A program made the translations under genes and the position numbers. A model generated the notes under the pieces. That model worked only from the letters and a program-made list of their open reading frames with translations, had not been told where the DNA came from and did not search any database. From Bacteriovoracaceae bacterium (lineage in GTDB: Bacteria > Bdellovibrionota > Bacteriovoracia > Bacteriovoracales > Bacteriovoracaceae): a DNA stretch of 64,000 nt. Position 1 is the stretch's first letter. Each line of letters begins with the position of its first letter. The stretch spans positions 2,834,146 through 2,898,145 of the forward strand of contig OZ244226.1 in assembly GCA_965217035.1 (NCBI GenBank), in the 5' to 3' direction. Positions 47,366 through 57,771 of this stretch are shown here, piece by piece.

Positions 47366-48378
47366 TGCAGTTAAAGGTTCTCGATTCACTTCCGCCTCAG
47401 TTCATGGAACTGAACCATGATCAACTCTTCGAACATTTAGGTGGCCCGACACTCATTCGATTAGAGGGCAGAAAAAGAAATCCAATGTTTATTTCGACGC
47501 TTTTACACGGAAATGAAACAACAGGGTTTTATGCAGTAAAAGATTTTTTCGTAAAGACAAATTATTTGAAAAGAGATCTCATTATTCTTATCGGCAACCC
47601 TGAAGCTGCGGCCCAGAACTTGAGGCATCTTGATCATCAAAAAGATTTCAATCGAATTTGGGATGTTTCTGGACATACAGGAGCTGAAGAGGAAAAAATG
47701 GCTGCCCAGGTTCTTGATATCGTCAAAGAGTCAAACCCTTGGGCCTCTGTTGATATTCATAATAATACAGGAAAGAACCCGCTCTACGGATGTGTGAATA
47801 GACTTAATGAAGATTACTTAAGGTTAGCAGGTTTCTTTGATCAGAAGGTTGTCTATTTCAATGAACCTCATCAAGTTATGTCTAATGCCATGGCCAACTT
47901 CTGTCCATCTGTGACTCTCGAGTGTGGAGTGAGTGGTGATGATGTTGTTGTTCGAACTGTTCGAAAATATCTACAAAAGGTTCTCGATCATGACGAAATT
48001 TCAGATCTACCTGAAAACAGTCTCATTCAAAATGTTTATAAAACTTTTGCGAGAATCAAATTCCCTGAAAACCTTACTATCGACTTTGAGGGAGAGAGAG
48101 AGTCAATCAATCAGTTGTCTCTAAGGCCTGATGTTGAAAACTTAAACTTTATTCCTTTAAATGAAGGGGAAAGGCTTGGGTTTCTAAGAGATCCAAAGAG
48201 TTTCTTAGTGCTTGATGATAATGACAACAATATCACAGATGAATACTTTGAAATTGTTGAGTCTGAACTAAGAGTCAAAAAAACGGTTATCCCTTCTATG
48301 TTTACTCGTGATATAAGAGTCGCTTGCACTGATTCTTTTGGTTACTTAATGACTTGGGTTTCTCTGAAAGAAAATTAG
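47365..48378 (+). CDS. M14 zinc deacylase (succinylglutamate desuccinylase/aspartoacylase family)
   Basis: HGNE, D.NR.W, DIH, LECG; TGATG coupling to GCS2. Confidence 0.85.
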   Translation: MQLKVLDSLPPQFMELNHDQLFEHLGGPTLIRLEGRKRNPMFISTLLHGNETTGFYAVKDFFVKTNYLKRDLIILIGNPEAAAQNLRHLDHQKDFNRIWDVSGHTGAEEEKMAAQVLDIVKESNPWASVDIHNNTGKNPLYGCVNRLNEDYLRLAGFFDQKVVYFNEPHQVMSNAMANFCPSVTLECGVSGDDVVVRTVRKYLQKVLDHDEISDLPENSLIQNVYKTFARIKFPENLTIDFEGERESINQLSLRPDVENLNFIPLNEGERLGFLRDPKSFLVLDDNDNNITDEYFEIVESELRVKKTVIPSMFTRDIRVACTDSFGYLMTWVSLKEN

Positions 48379-49094
48379 TTCCCTAGAAGATCAATTAAAT
48401 TTTGAATTGAAAAGGGCTTCTGAATGAAATGAATCATATCAGAGTTTTCATGAAGTGATTTATATTCACTTTCATCAATGAAATCTCCTGAAAGGATAAT
48501 AACGAGAGAATCCGGAAATTTTTTACAGAATTTTTTTATGAATCCAAGAGATTTTTGAGCCCCAAGATTATAGTCACAAATAAGCGTATTGAAGTCTTTA
48601 TTTATGATCTTTTCCTCTGCTTCTTTTTGACTCATTGTTGGATAAACTTGAAAACCTTTAAGAGTAAAGATGTCATTATACGATTCTAAAAGAATGGCAT
48701 TGTCTTCGAGAATCAGAATTTCTCTTTTCGCCTTTCTTTTTGGGGCAATGACATTTTTAGCAATTTGGACTAACTCCTTCCCTCCTATGGGTTTATAAAG
48801 CAAGTCTAGGGCCCCTTGATCAATAAGCGTTTCCTTAGGGATATCGGCATGACCAGTGAGAATAATGACATTTTGGGCCGGGTCTATCGCTTTGACTTCT
48901 TTGAGTAAATCTTCTCCTGTTTTGAGAGGCATTCTAAAGTCACTGATGATGAGATCAACCTTATTAGCTTTAAAAACACTTAAAGCTTGATCGACACTCT
49001 CTGCATGGAGAACGTTAAATTCGTTGAGTTCAAAAAACATCGCCAATGTTTCTCGAAGCTCGTTTTCATCATCGACGAGTAAAATATTTGGCAT
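48375..49094 (-). CDS. Response regulator with two tandem receiver domains
   Basis: VDDE..SDFRMP..TG..KP and LEDN..CDYNL..SG..KPF. Confidence 0.85.
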   Translation of the reverse strand: MPNILLVDDENELRETLAMFFELNEFNVLHAESVDQALSVFKANKVDLIISDFRMPLKTGEDLLKEVKAIDPAQNVIILTGHADIPKETLIDQGALDLLYKPIGGKELVQIAKNVIAPKRKAKREILILEDNAILLESYNDIFTLKGFQVYPTMSQKEAEEKIINKDFNTLICDYNLGAQKSLGFIKKFCKKFPDSLVIILSGDFIDESEYKSLHENSDMIHFIQKPFSIQNLIDLLGN

Positions 49095-49208
49095 ATGATC
49101 TTATCCTAAGGGATGAGTCTTTAAAAATCACCTAGGAAAGGTTATCGACTTTATAAAGAAGAGCTATTGGGGCGTGACATTTCGTCTTTTGTAGTAGATT
49201 TTTTTATT

Positions 49209-50087
49209 ATGAAATGGTTTTTTCTGATATTTTTCCCTTTGCTGGCTTCTGCTCAAAAATTTGATCTAAAGAAGGCCATGAAGGTCGGGAATCAAATAGA
49301 TTCTATTCATGGGAAAATGGACTATTACTCAGATCTGTTCTTGGGGGCGACTTATGATGGAGGCCCTCTAGGTGAAGGGGTGAATGGTCTCTATGATCAA
49401 GATCCTCTTCAAAGTTTTACCAAGTTCGATTGTACGACCTTTGTTGAGACAATCATGGCGCTTTCACTTTCGAAATCGAGAAGAGATTTTCGAGAACAAC
49501 TGAAAGACATTCGATATAAGAATGGTGTTGTTCGCTATACAGAAAGGAATCATTTTATTTCGTTGGATTGGATCAAAAATAATTCAAAGATTTTAAAAGA
49601 TATTACTTCTGAAGTTGGGCGAGAAGATACTTTGTTCGCCAAAACGATTATCGATAAAAAAGGTTGGTATCAAAGTAAAAAAGCAAAGGATCTTAAGCTT
49701 GCAAAAGAACTCAATGAAGCTGAACTTGTTGATAGGGTTGCTTCACTCAATGCAGAAGGCAACCAATTTAACCCTGTTGAAGTAAAAACTCCTTATGTCC
49801 CTCTTTCTCGTCTTTTTGTAGGAAATCTCGTTAACTTCAATATCATTCAAAGAATCCCTCATGGGAGTATCATTTCAATGGTTCGTCCTAACTGGGATCT
49901 TAAAAAGTATATTGGAACTCATCTCAATGTTTCTCATCAAGGGATCGCAATTACAAAAAAAGATGGATTGTATCTTCGTCATGCCTCGACGAAGGGGACT
50001 GTTCGAGAAGAGTCTTTTATTGAGTACTTCAAGCGTTATCGTAAAAGTAAAACTCTTAAAGGTTTTAACGTTCTTTCTATTGACTAA
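49209..50087 (+). CDS. DUF1460 / NlpC-P60-like peptidoglycan amidase, exported
   Basis: FDCTTFVE, IRY..G, R.HF...W, SH.G, HAS; start reset to ATG 49209. Confidence 0.85.
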   Translation: MKWFFLIFFPLLASAQKFDLKKAMKVGNQIDSIHGKMDYYSDLFLGATYDGGPLGEGVNGLYDQDPLQSFTKFDCTTFVETIMALSLSKSRRDFREQLKDIRYKNGVVRYTERNHFISLDWIKNNSKILKDITSEVGREDTLFAKTIIDKKGWYQSKKAKDLKLAKELNEAELVDRVASLNAEGNQFNPVEVKTPYVPLSRLFVGNLVNFNIIQRIPHGSIISMVRPNWDLKKYIGTHLNVSHQGIAITKKDGLYLRHASTKGTVREESFIEYFKRYRKSKTLKGFNVLSID

Positions 50088-50833
50088 AATCTATAATCTT
50101 TTTTTATAAAACAATCTTTACTTAAAGATTCATAGAAATCTAAAACTTTTTGATAAAAAGACTTCGGAAGTCTCGCAATGATTCCAAGAAGCCCTCTGTT
50201 GAGGTTGATAATGGGACAGGCATAGCCTTTTACATTAATTAAATTGAGAGGAGTTTGAGAAAGTTTTATTAGAAATTTATCAAGTTTAACTAAGCTCAAT
50301 CTCTTTCTATGCCATTCTTGTAAAGCGATATCGAGAGCGTAATTATACTTTCCATCAAGACTTATATCTGATTGTGTATTTCTAATATAATATGTCACCG
50401 TTTTTTTATGATAAATACGTTGGATGGTTTTATAGACAGCTTCGTCCTTATGGATATCATCACCAATCAAAATAATCGATTGAGATTGATTTTTTAAAAG
50501 CCTCGTAAGTTCTTTTACTTTGTAATTTTTATTGAACTGATCTTTAGGTTTACGTGCGATAAACTTTATATAATCAATCTGGTTCTTTTTTAAATCTCGC
50601 TTGATTCGATTCAGGAACAAGGAGGGGGAGGAGCTTAGCAAATACTTAGGCCCTTCCCAGATCTCTTGAAATAAAATTTTATAATCAGCGAGATATCTCG
50701 TTTTCTTGATGTAACTCGCTGCTGCTTTTTTTATATCGTAGCTGAAGCTAATTCTAAAAGTATCGTCATAGTCGGAAACAATGACTTGCCCATAGAGAGA
50801 GCTCGAAGCAAGAATTAGCCACAAGAGCTTCAC
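50084..50833 (-). CDS. Exported HAD phosphatase, App1/DUF2183-like
   Basis: SDYDDT, LSSSP, K, IGDD...D. Confidence 0.7.
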   Translation of the reverse strand: MKLLWLILASSSLYGQVIVSDYDDTFRISFSYDIKKAAASYIKKTRYLADYKILFQEIWEGPKYLLSSSPSLFLNRIKRDLKKNQIDYIKFIARKPKDQFNKNYKVKELTRLLKNQSQSIILIGDDIHKDEAVYKTIQRIYHKKTVTYYIRNTQSDISLDGKYNYALDIALQEWHRKRLSLVKLDKFLIKLSQTPLNLINVKGYACPIINLNRGLLGIIARLPKSFYQKVLDFYESLSKDCFIKKDYRF

Positions 50834-51651
50834 TAGATTGCCTTAGGAGCTTTATTGAAAACTCTTAAGAGCGTTTTTCTTAGAAGCTGAAGTTTTTTAT
50901 CCGTAATTTCTTTTAATTTAGGGCTGTTCTCGAATTCTTTTACTCTTTCATCTTCTTTTGTGTAAAGGATTGAAAGTATATCAACAGGTTTTTTGTCAAA
51001 AGATTCGAAGACTCTATCAACATTCTTTTTCCCATCATCAATAAAGACGATTTGAGTGAAAGACTTTGTTTTCTTATACCGACGAAGAATATATTCAAGC
51101 ATTTGTCCTTTATGAAGACCTTGAGTCATGAAAATACCATTCATATAATCAACTTCTCTTTCTTGCCCTGGTGGAATGAATTTTTTAGGAATCCCTTTGC
51201 CAAAAGATGTTCTTGAAAAATCAACTTTATATTTTGATAACTCTCTTTCTGTCGGTCTTCTATAATATGGGCTTCTTGAAGTCAGAGCAAAAACCGTTAA
51301 ACCTTTATCTTGGAGTTTTTTCACAACAAGTGGAGTTTCTTTTTGAGTGGGTCTCATTTCCCCTAATTGATAAGAGATTTCCTGCCAAGCAAGGACTTGC
51401 TCGAAAAGACTTGGGTCTTTCTTGATCGCTTGCTCTGCCTTCCAATTAAACCATTGATCAGATCCTAGGTGGGTTTTCATTGCAAGAACTGTGTTGTCGA
51501 TGTCAAAAACCACAAGAGTACGTGGATGCTTTTCAAGATTTTTAACGATCTTTTTATAGATTTGAACCATATCATCGGACTCTATAATGGCGTTAATAGA
51601 GTAAAGATTTGAAGTGATTAAGAGAGAGAAGAGAAGGGCAATCTTTTTCAA
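50833..51651 (-). CDS. Exported HAD-superfamily protein, DUF2608-like
   Basis: FDIDNT, GSDQWF, LTSR, KG..L, FIDD...N. Confidence 0.8.
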   Translation of the reverse strand: MKKIALLFSLLITSNLYSINAIIESDDMVQIYKKIVKNLEKHPRTLVVFDIDNTVLAMKTHLGSDQWFNWKAEQAIKKDPSLFEQVLAWQEISYQLGEMRPTQKETPLVVKKLQDKGLTVFALTSRSPYYRRPTERELSKYKVDFSRTSFGKGIPKKFIPPGQEREVDYMNGIFMTQGLHKGQMLEYILRRYKKTKSFTQIVFIDDGKKNVDRVFESFDKKPVDILSILYTKEDERVKEFENSPKLKEITDKKLQLLRKTLLRVFNKAPKAI

Positions 51652-51695
51652 GTGAAACTCCTAGCTAAATTTTGCCCAACATACTGAAAAAAAAT

Positions 51696-51721
51696 CGCCC
51701 TGGCAAAGTTTGACAGGGCGC
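51696..51721 (-). terminator. Intrinsic terminator
   Basis: cgccctg..aa..tt..cagggcg hairpin with an A-run on the + strand side. Confidence 0.6.
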
Positions 51722-51733
51722 ATAGAAACGATA

Positions 51734-52411
51734 CTAGTATCGGCCTCTGAAGGTTCTACACAAGCCGACGAAATCGAATACTGTTGTTGTTGATGTATTC
51801 CCGCCACTGTAATCAGCGATAGGAGCAAGAGAGCTAGCATCGACTAATGTGAGATCAAGATCCTGTCTTACTGTCTTGTAATGGTAAGAGACGTCTTTTA
51901 CTCCAGGGATGTGTCTTACGATATCTCGACAAACACGTCTACAGACTCTTTTCTTCTTTTTCTTACCGTTTGGAAGCGTAATTGTTTCAATATGACATTC
52001 TCTTGCGCAAGATGTTCTGACTCTTCGAACCGTACAATGTTGAGTTTCATGAACGGTATTAGATCTTGAAACCTTAGTTTTTTTATTTCCTTGGATTTTA
52101 AAACTCTGATTCAAAGCAAGGGCAGAAACTTCAAAGTCTCCATCATAAGTAGGGAGCTTGAAGCCTTTTTTTAGTTTTATAGTTGTTGATTGTTTGACTG
52201 TTCCATTTTCGACTTTTAGTTTTAATTTTCTTTTTGATTTTATAATCAAGGAGGCGGAGTAGACACCTTCAGGTACTACAACCGTTTTCTTCTTTTCTTT
52301 TACCACTAAAGTTTCGTTAACAATGAGTTGGCCTTGGAAGTCCTCGCAAGATGTTAAGAATCCTATTAAAGATCCTAATATAAATAATTTTTTGACTAGT
52401 GTGCCTCGCAT
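51734..52411 (-). CDS. Hypothetical lipoprotein with basic Cys-rich segment
   Basis: Lipobox LTSC; C..RR...C.R.C...CRR.C. Confidence 0.7.
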   Translation of the reverse strand: MRGTLVKKLFILGSLIGFLTSCEDFQGQLIVNETLVVKEKKKTVVVPEGVYSASLIIKSKRKLKLKVENGTVKQSTTIKLKKGFKLPTYDGDFEVSALALNQSFKIQGNKKTKVSRSNTVHETQHCTVRRVRTSCARECHIETITLPNGKKKKKRVCRRVCRDIVRHIPGVKDVSYHYKTVRQDLDLTLVDASSLAPIADYSGGNTSTTTVFDFVGLCRTFRGRY

Positions 52412-52958
52412 ACTTTTTCTCCTTGATTTTCACTTCATGTGATTTTTTTTAATAGAGATGCGAAAACTGTGCCAACTAAAAGGTAATTAATTAAGAATAG
52501 AAAATCGGTCGGTGTCAGAGCGACCGGTCGGAAAGACTCCAGTAGTGTATTATCTACCTGTTTATTCTTTAATGAATGGAGCTCACTATTCTAGGCGTTG
52601 TAAATATTGGGTTAAGACCGCAACAAGTTATAGGTGTATAAAGCGATGGTACGATGAGTTAATTTGAGCGTTATTGTCCCTCCAATTAAACCTTAATGGA
52701 GACAATCATAAAACTATTTTCATTCCAGAAGAAAGTCTTGCAATAAGCTCAAAAGAACAAGTGATGATTTGCAATCTATCGATTTTAAAATGATAGCTGT
52801 CGATATCGAGCTTGAAAAAAGAGTCGGCAGGCCATACCAGCCACTGTCTAAAAATTAATCATTTTCTTGTTCAAGAAGTAATCTTTACATTGTTTTCACT
52901 ATCAGACCTCTTAAGCTGATATTCTTGTTGCATCAAAATTTTTTTAAAGGGTTTAATA

Positions 52959-53900
52959 ATGAAACTTCTCTCGATTTTCTTCACGATGCTACTTTCTTTG
53001 CAATCATTCTCTCAAGTTAAGATTGATAAAGAGGAGCTCAATCAACGAGTCGCTGCTGAAAACCTCCGTCTCTTATTAGAGATTGATGAGCTCGATAAAG
53101 AGTTTCTTCCATTATTAGTGAAAAAAGTTTCTGATTGGGAACATGATACTGCTAAAAATGCAAGTGGTTTGAGTGTTACTACTGCTGTGGCGACCTACTT
53201 TATTGCATGGTCTTCAGGGATTCACTCAGGACAACATGCAAATATCGTAGCGGGAATCAGTGCTGGATTAGGTGGAATTTTGTCTTTGGGAAGTTCAGCT
53301 GTTGTTTTCTCTCCATCAGCAAGGAATTCTTTCAAGAAAAAGCATAGAAAGTACAAAGGCCTTGAAGAGATTGATCCTAAGGTATCACAAGCACAATTCG
53401 AATTAGAAGAAGGGATTGATCAAATGATGAGATTCCTTGAAAGAGCTTTTGAATTAGGTGTTCAAGCAAGTGACTCTGTTAGAAAGGCAATTCATGCTGA
53501 AGCATTCAAAGTTTTTCATCGAAATAATTTGAGTGGAAGGATCTCTGAAGATAAAATTCATAAAGAAAAGACAGTTTTAAATATAGCAATTGAAACTTTA
53601 AGAAATATGAAAAAAGATAATGAGATTAATAAGTCTTTAAAGATGATGCAACAACTTGTTAAATTTAAGAATGCTTTTGATAGTCTTAAAATAGGAAAAA
53701 ATACACTTGCTCAAATGGGCGAGGATCTTGAGAGTTATCAATCAGATCTTGAATTAAACATTGATGTTCAAAAAACGCTTCTTAATTATACGAAAGATTA
53801 TTTTAAAAGAAGCAATCATCAGGATGGAGTCGAGCACGTGAATGCACTTCTTGGTAAGCTCCAAATGATTGAAGAAGCTTCAGAACTACAGAATAACTAA
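52959..53900 (+). CDS. Exported helical hypothetical protein with a Gly/Ala-rich hydrophobic hairpin
   Basis: Signal peptide; hydrophobic segments at ~aa 68-118. Confidence 0.7.
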   Translation: MKLLSIFFTMLLSLQSFSQVKIDKEELNQRVAAENLRLLLEIDELDKEFLPLLVKKVSDWEHDTAKNASGLSVTTAVATYFIAWSSGIHSGQHANIVAGISAGLGGILSLGSSAVVFSPSARNSFKKKHRKYKGLEEIDPKVSQAQFELEEGIDQMMRFLERAFELGVQASDSVRKAIHAEAFKVFHRNNLSGRISEDKIHKEKTVLNIAIETLRNMKKDNEINKSLKMMQQLVKFKNAFDSLKIGKNTLAQMGEDLESYQSDLELNIDVQKTLLNYTKDYFKRSNHQDGVEHVNALLGKLQMIEEASELQNN

Positions 53901-53911
53901 TTATATTTCAT

Positions 53912-53934
53912 AGGTCGGTCAAGAATGGCCGACC
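53912..53934 (+). terminator. Hairpin downstream of the gene
   Basis: ggtcggtca-agaa-tggccgacc. Confidence 0.45.
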
Positions 53935-54070
53935 AAATTAATTCCGATACTTTCACCACATTCTCCGTCAAAAAATTGATGAAATTGATAAAGCTCCCAA
54001 TGATTTTTAGCTGGGCCCAATAAAAAATAAGGCTGTCAAAATTTGAACTACTTTTGAAAGAAAGTGAGGT

Positions 54071-54106
54071 TTTACACAAAAACCATACTAGGGATAGTAT
54101 GGTTTT
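54071..54106 (+). promoter_or_regulatory. Putative sigma70 promoter overlapped by a 12-bp palindrome (NrdR-box-like)
   Basis: TTTACA-N18-TAGTAT; AAAACCATACTA-GGGA-TAGTATGGTTTT. Confidence 0.5.
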
Positions 54107-54120
54107 AAGTTAAATAGTTG

Positions 54121-54233
54121 CGACTGGCACTAGGTGAAGTTTGGTTAGATTCCAAGACTGTCCCGCAACGGTAAAAGAGTTTGTGCGAGCTCTGAGTCCG
54201 ATCCCATGCTAGTTGAGTTCACCCGAGGAGGTC
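54121..54233 (+). promoter_or_regulatory. Cobalamin riboswitch, compact form
   Basis: GACTGGCA/TGCTAGTT closing stem, GGTTAGATTCC T-loop, CTGTCCCGCAACGGTAA, GAGTCCG B12 box, downstream ACC-CGAGGA-GGT hairpin; upstream of a B12-independent RNR. Confidence 0.85.
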
Positions 54234-54309
54234 CAATGGTAGTAGAAAGTAGTTAGATTTAATCCTGTTAGATTCGTACCGTTAATTAAAATTATTTTAT
54301 GGAGTTGTA

Positions 54310-55284
54310 ATGAACTTAGAACCATTGCTCGATGAGAGCAACGACAGATTTGTATTGTTTCCTCTCAAATATAACGATGTTTGGGAGATGTATAAAAAGG
54401 CCATGGCCAGCTTCTGGACAGCAGAAGAAATTGATCTTTATCAAGACCTTGATGATTGGGCAAAGCTTACTGAAGATGAAAAGCATTATATTTCTCATAT
54501 TCTCGCTTTTTTCTCTGCGAGTGATGGGATTGTAAACGAGAACCTCGCGATGCGCTTTTACAATGAAGTGCAAATTCCTGAGGCCCGATGCTTTTATGGA
54601 TTTCAAATCGCTATCGAAAATATTCACGCAGAAACTTATGGGCTTTTAATTGATACTTATATTAAGGACGAAGCTCGTAAAAATTACCTTTTTAAAGCTA
54701 TTGAAAATATCCCATGTATTAAAAAGAAAGCTGATTGGGCGTTTAAGTGGATTTACGGGAGTCAAAACTTCGCTGAACGTCTGATTGCTTTCGCTGCTAT
54801 TGAAGGAATCTTCTTTTCTGGAAGCTTCTGCTCGATCTTTTGGCTAAAGAAGAGAGGGCTGATGCCAGGTCTTACTTTTAGTAATGAATTGATCTCCAGA
54901 GATGAAGGCCTTCATACAGACTTTGCATGTCTTCTTTATAGAAAATATCTTCGAAATAAACTCGACTCAGAAGTTGTGCTTCAAATTATTAAAGAGGCCG
55001 TCGATTTTGAACAAGAGTTTATCACTGAAGCTCTTCCAGTCAGCCTTATTGGAATGAATGCTGATCTCATGAAGCAATATATTGAATTCTGTGCAGACAG
55101 ACTTCTTAAAGAATTGGGTGAGCAGCCAATTTATCATTCTTCAAATCCATTTGATTGGATGGAGATGATTTCACTTGAAGGAAAAACAAACTTTTTTGAA
55201 AAAAGAGTTTCAGAATATCAAAAAGCAGGCGTTCTTTCGCACGAGGATTCTGCTTTAAGCTTTGACAATGAATTAGATTTCTAA
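54310..55284 (+). CDS. nrdB: Class Ia ribonucleotide reductase beta subunit
   Basis: [23 protein letters not shown] (radical Tyr), [26 protein letters not shown]. Confidence 0.97.
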   Translation: MNLEPLLDESNDRFVLFPLKYNDVWEMYKKAMASFWTAEEIDLYQDLDDWAKLTEDEKHYISHILAFFSASDGIVNENLAMRFYNEVQIPEARCFYGFQIAIENIHAETYGLLIDTYIKDEARKNYLFKAIENIPCIKKKADWAFKWIYGSQNFAERLIAFAAIEGIFFSGSFCSIFWLKKRGLMPGLTFSNELISRDEGLHTDFACLLYRKYLRNKLDSEVVLQIIKEAVDFEQEFITEALPVSLIGMNADLMKQYIEFCADRLLKELGEQPIYHSSNPFDWMEMISLEGKTNFFEKRVSEYQKAGVLSHEDSALSFDNELDF

Positions 55285-55296
55285 GGAGAGAAAGAA

Positions 55297-57639
55297 ATGT
55301 ATTTAAAGAGAGACCACGGATTGTCTGCCCAGAAAGCTGATGTTGTAGAGGGACTGATTCAGCATTTATCGTGCGGCCTTAATGAGGATTACATAAATCC
55401 AGAAGAATTAACCAATAATATTATCTCCCAAGCCAGTGAGGGAATGAGTACGGATGAGTTTTATAAACTGATGGCAGAGACTTGTGCTTACAAGGCGACT
55501 GTTCATCCTGATCATTCCTTATTAGCAGGAAGAATTGCAGTATCTCGCCTTCATGACCAAACTCTCGATTCTTTCGTGGAGACAATGTCTAAGTTGCAGA
55601 GTTATAGAGATGAACGAAACGGTCAGCTAACTCCTCTGATCTCGCAGAGTCTCTATAACTTCGCACTTGAAAACCGTGAAGCGATTGAAAGAGCAATCGA
55701 TTTCGAAAGAGATTATAGCTATGATTATTTTGGTTTTAAAACTCTAGAGAGATCGTACCTTCTTCGTGTTAACGGGCAAATTGTTGAGAGACCTCAGCAT
55801 ATGTTGATGAGAGTTTCGATTGGAATTCATCCTGGAGATTTAAAATCAGCTATTAAAACTTATAACTTAATGAGTGAGAAATGGTTCACTCATGCTTCTC
55901 CAACATTATTTAATGCTGGAACAAATAAACCTCAAATGTCCTCTTGTTTTCTTTTAAATATGCAAGAAGACAGTATTGATGGTATCTATGAAACTTTGAA
56001 ACAATGTGCATTGATTAGTCAAAGTGCTGGAGGAATTGGTCTTAGTATCCATGATATCCGCGCTAAGGGTTCTTTTATTAAGGGGACTAATGGCTACTCA
56101 AACGGCATTGTTCCGATGCTCCGAGTTTTCAATGATACCGCTCGCTATGTTGACCAAGGTGGTGGGAAGAGAAAGGGTGCTTTTGCAGTCTATCTAGAGC
56201 CTTGGCATGCAGACGTCGAAGATTTCCTTGAGTTAAAGAAAAATCATGGAAAAGAAGAATTGAGAGCGCGAGATCTTTTTTACGCCCTTTGGGTTAATGA
56301 CCTTTTTATGAAAAGAGTCGAAGCAGATGAAGAGTGGTCGCTGTTTTGTCCACAGACAGCGCCGAATCTATCAGAGACTTATGGTGAAAGGTTTGAAGAA
56401 CTTTACGTGAAGTATGAAAAACAGGGAAGAGCAAAGAAAACAATCAAGGCCCGTGAGCTTTGGATGCAGATTCTTAAATCTCAAATCGAGACGGGCTCTC
56501 CTTTTATGCTTTACAAAGATGCGGCCAATGAAAAGTCGAATCAAAAGAATTTAGGAACGATCAAGTCAAGTAACCTTTGTACTGAAATTATTCAATACAC
56601 AAGTAAAGACGAGATTGCAGTTTGTAACTTGGCTTCGATCGCTCTTCCTAAGTTCGTTATCAATGAGACCTTTGATTTTAGGGCGCTTTACGATGTAGCC
56701 TATCAGATCACGATTAATCTCAATAAGATTATCGATCTAAACTATTATCCGCTAGAACAAGCGAGAAATTCGAACCATAAGCACAGACCAATTGGAATGG
56801 GTGTTCAAGGACTTGCTGATACTTTTATGAAGTTAAAAATGCCTTTTGAAAGTGAAGAAGCTAAGGAATTAAATCAGAAGATATTTGAGACGATTTATTA
56901 TGCTGGTTGTAAGGCTTCAAATAAGCTTTCTAAAGAATTCGGAACTTATGATTCTTATCAGGGATCTCCAATGAGTGAAGGGAAGTTTCAATTTGACTTA
57001 TGGGGGAAAACTCCAAGTAAGCTTTGGGATTGGGATTCTTTAAGAAAAGACATTATGGACTTCGGAATGAGAAACAGTCTTCTGGTTGCTCCAATGCCAA
57101 CAGCTTCAACTTCTCAAATTCTTGGAAACAATGAAGGACTTGAACCGATTACTTCAAATCTTTATACAAGAAGAGTTCTTTCAGGTGAGTTTGTCCTGCT
57201 TAATAAGCATCTCGTGAACGATTTGATTGATCTCGGTCTTTGGAATGAACAAATGAAAAATCAGATTGTTTATCATAATGGTTCGATTCAAGAGATTTCT
57301 GAAATCCCAGAAAGCTTGAGAGATGTTTATAAGACAACTTGGGAAATTAAGCAAAAAACAATTCTTGAAATGGCAGCCGATAGAGGCGCTTTCATTGATC
57401 AAAGCCAGAGTTTAAATATTTTCTTCGCTGAACCTAACGTCGGTAAATTGAGTGCCATGCACATGCATGCCTGGAAATTAGGACTTAAAACAGGAATGTA
57501 TTATCTGAGATCCAAACCAGCGGCTCAGTCGATTAAGTTCACACTTGATAAAGAGAAAGTAGAGCAGAAATTTACCGCTGAAGAAACTATGGTTTGCAGT
57601 CTTACTAACCCTGAGGAGTGTATAGCTTGCGGTTCTTAA
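55297..57639 (+). CDS. nrdA: Class Ia ribonucleotide reductase alpha subunit
   Basis: [46 protein letters not shown]-terminal C..CGS. Confidence 0.97.
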   Translation: MYLKRDHGLSAQKADVVEGLIQHLSCGLNEDYINPEELTNNIISQASEGMSTDEFYKLMAETCAYKATVHPDHSLLAGRIAVSRLHDQTLDSFVETMSKLQSYRDERNGQLTPLISQSLYNFALENREAIERAIDFERDYSYDYFGFKTLERSYLLRVNGQIVERPQHMLMRVSIGIHPGDLKSAIKTYNLMSEKWFTHASPTLFNAGTNKPQMSSCFLLNMQEDSIDGIYETLKQCALISQSAGGIGLSIHDIRAKGSFIKGTNGYSNGIVPMLRVFNDTARYVDQGGGKRKGAFAVYLEPWHADVEDFLELKKNHGKEELRARDLFYALWVNDLFMKRVEADEEWSLFCPQTAPNLSETYGERFEELYVKYEKQGRAKKTIKARELWMQILKSQIETGSPFMLYKDAANEKSNQKNLGTIKSSNLCTEIIQYTSKDEIAVCNLASIALPKFVINETFDFRALYDVAYQITINLNKIIDLNYYPLEQARNSNHKHRPIGMGVQGLADTFMKLKMPFESEEAKELNQKIFETIYYAGCKASNKLSKEFGTYDSYQGSPMSEGKFQFDLWGKTPSKLWDWDSLRKDIMDFGMRNSLLVAPMPTASTSQILGNNEGLEPITSNLYTRRVLSGEFVLLNKHLVNDLIDLGLWNEQMKNQIVYHNGSIQEISEIPESLRDVYKTTWEIKQKTILEMAADRGAFIDQSQSLNIFFAEPNVGKLSAMHMHAWKLGLKTGMYYLRSKPAAQSIKFTLDKEKVEQKFTAEETMVCSLTNPEECIACGS

Positions 57640-57771
57640 TTGAACTGCAGGCTGCTTGATCCCTGTAAAAAAGTATACGTCATCGCGTCAAAAACACTAT
57701 GATTCGATAAACCTTTGCCAGAACATTATCCCCAAGATATGAGAGATGAAATATCGTCTTGGAGATTAAAT

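Noticed and set aside
52500..52720. Hairpins in the long intergenic region (cggtcg..cgaccg; gtc-ggaaa-gac) as a riboswitch
   Set aside because: No recognisable conserved riboswitch core; would need an Rfam scan.
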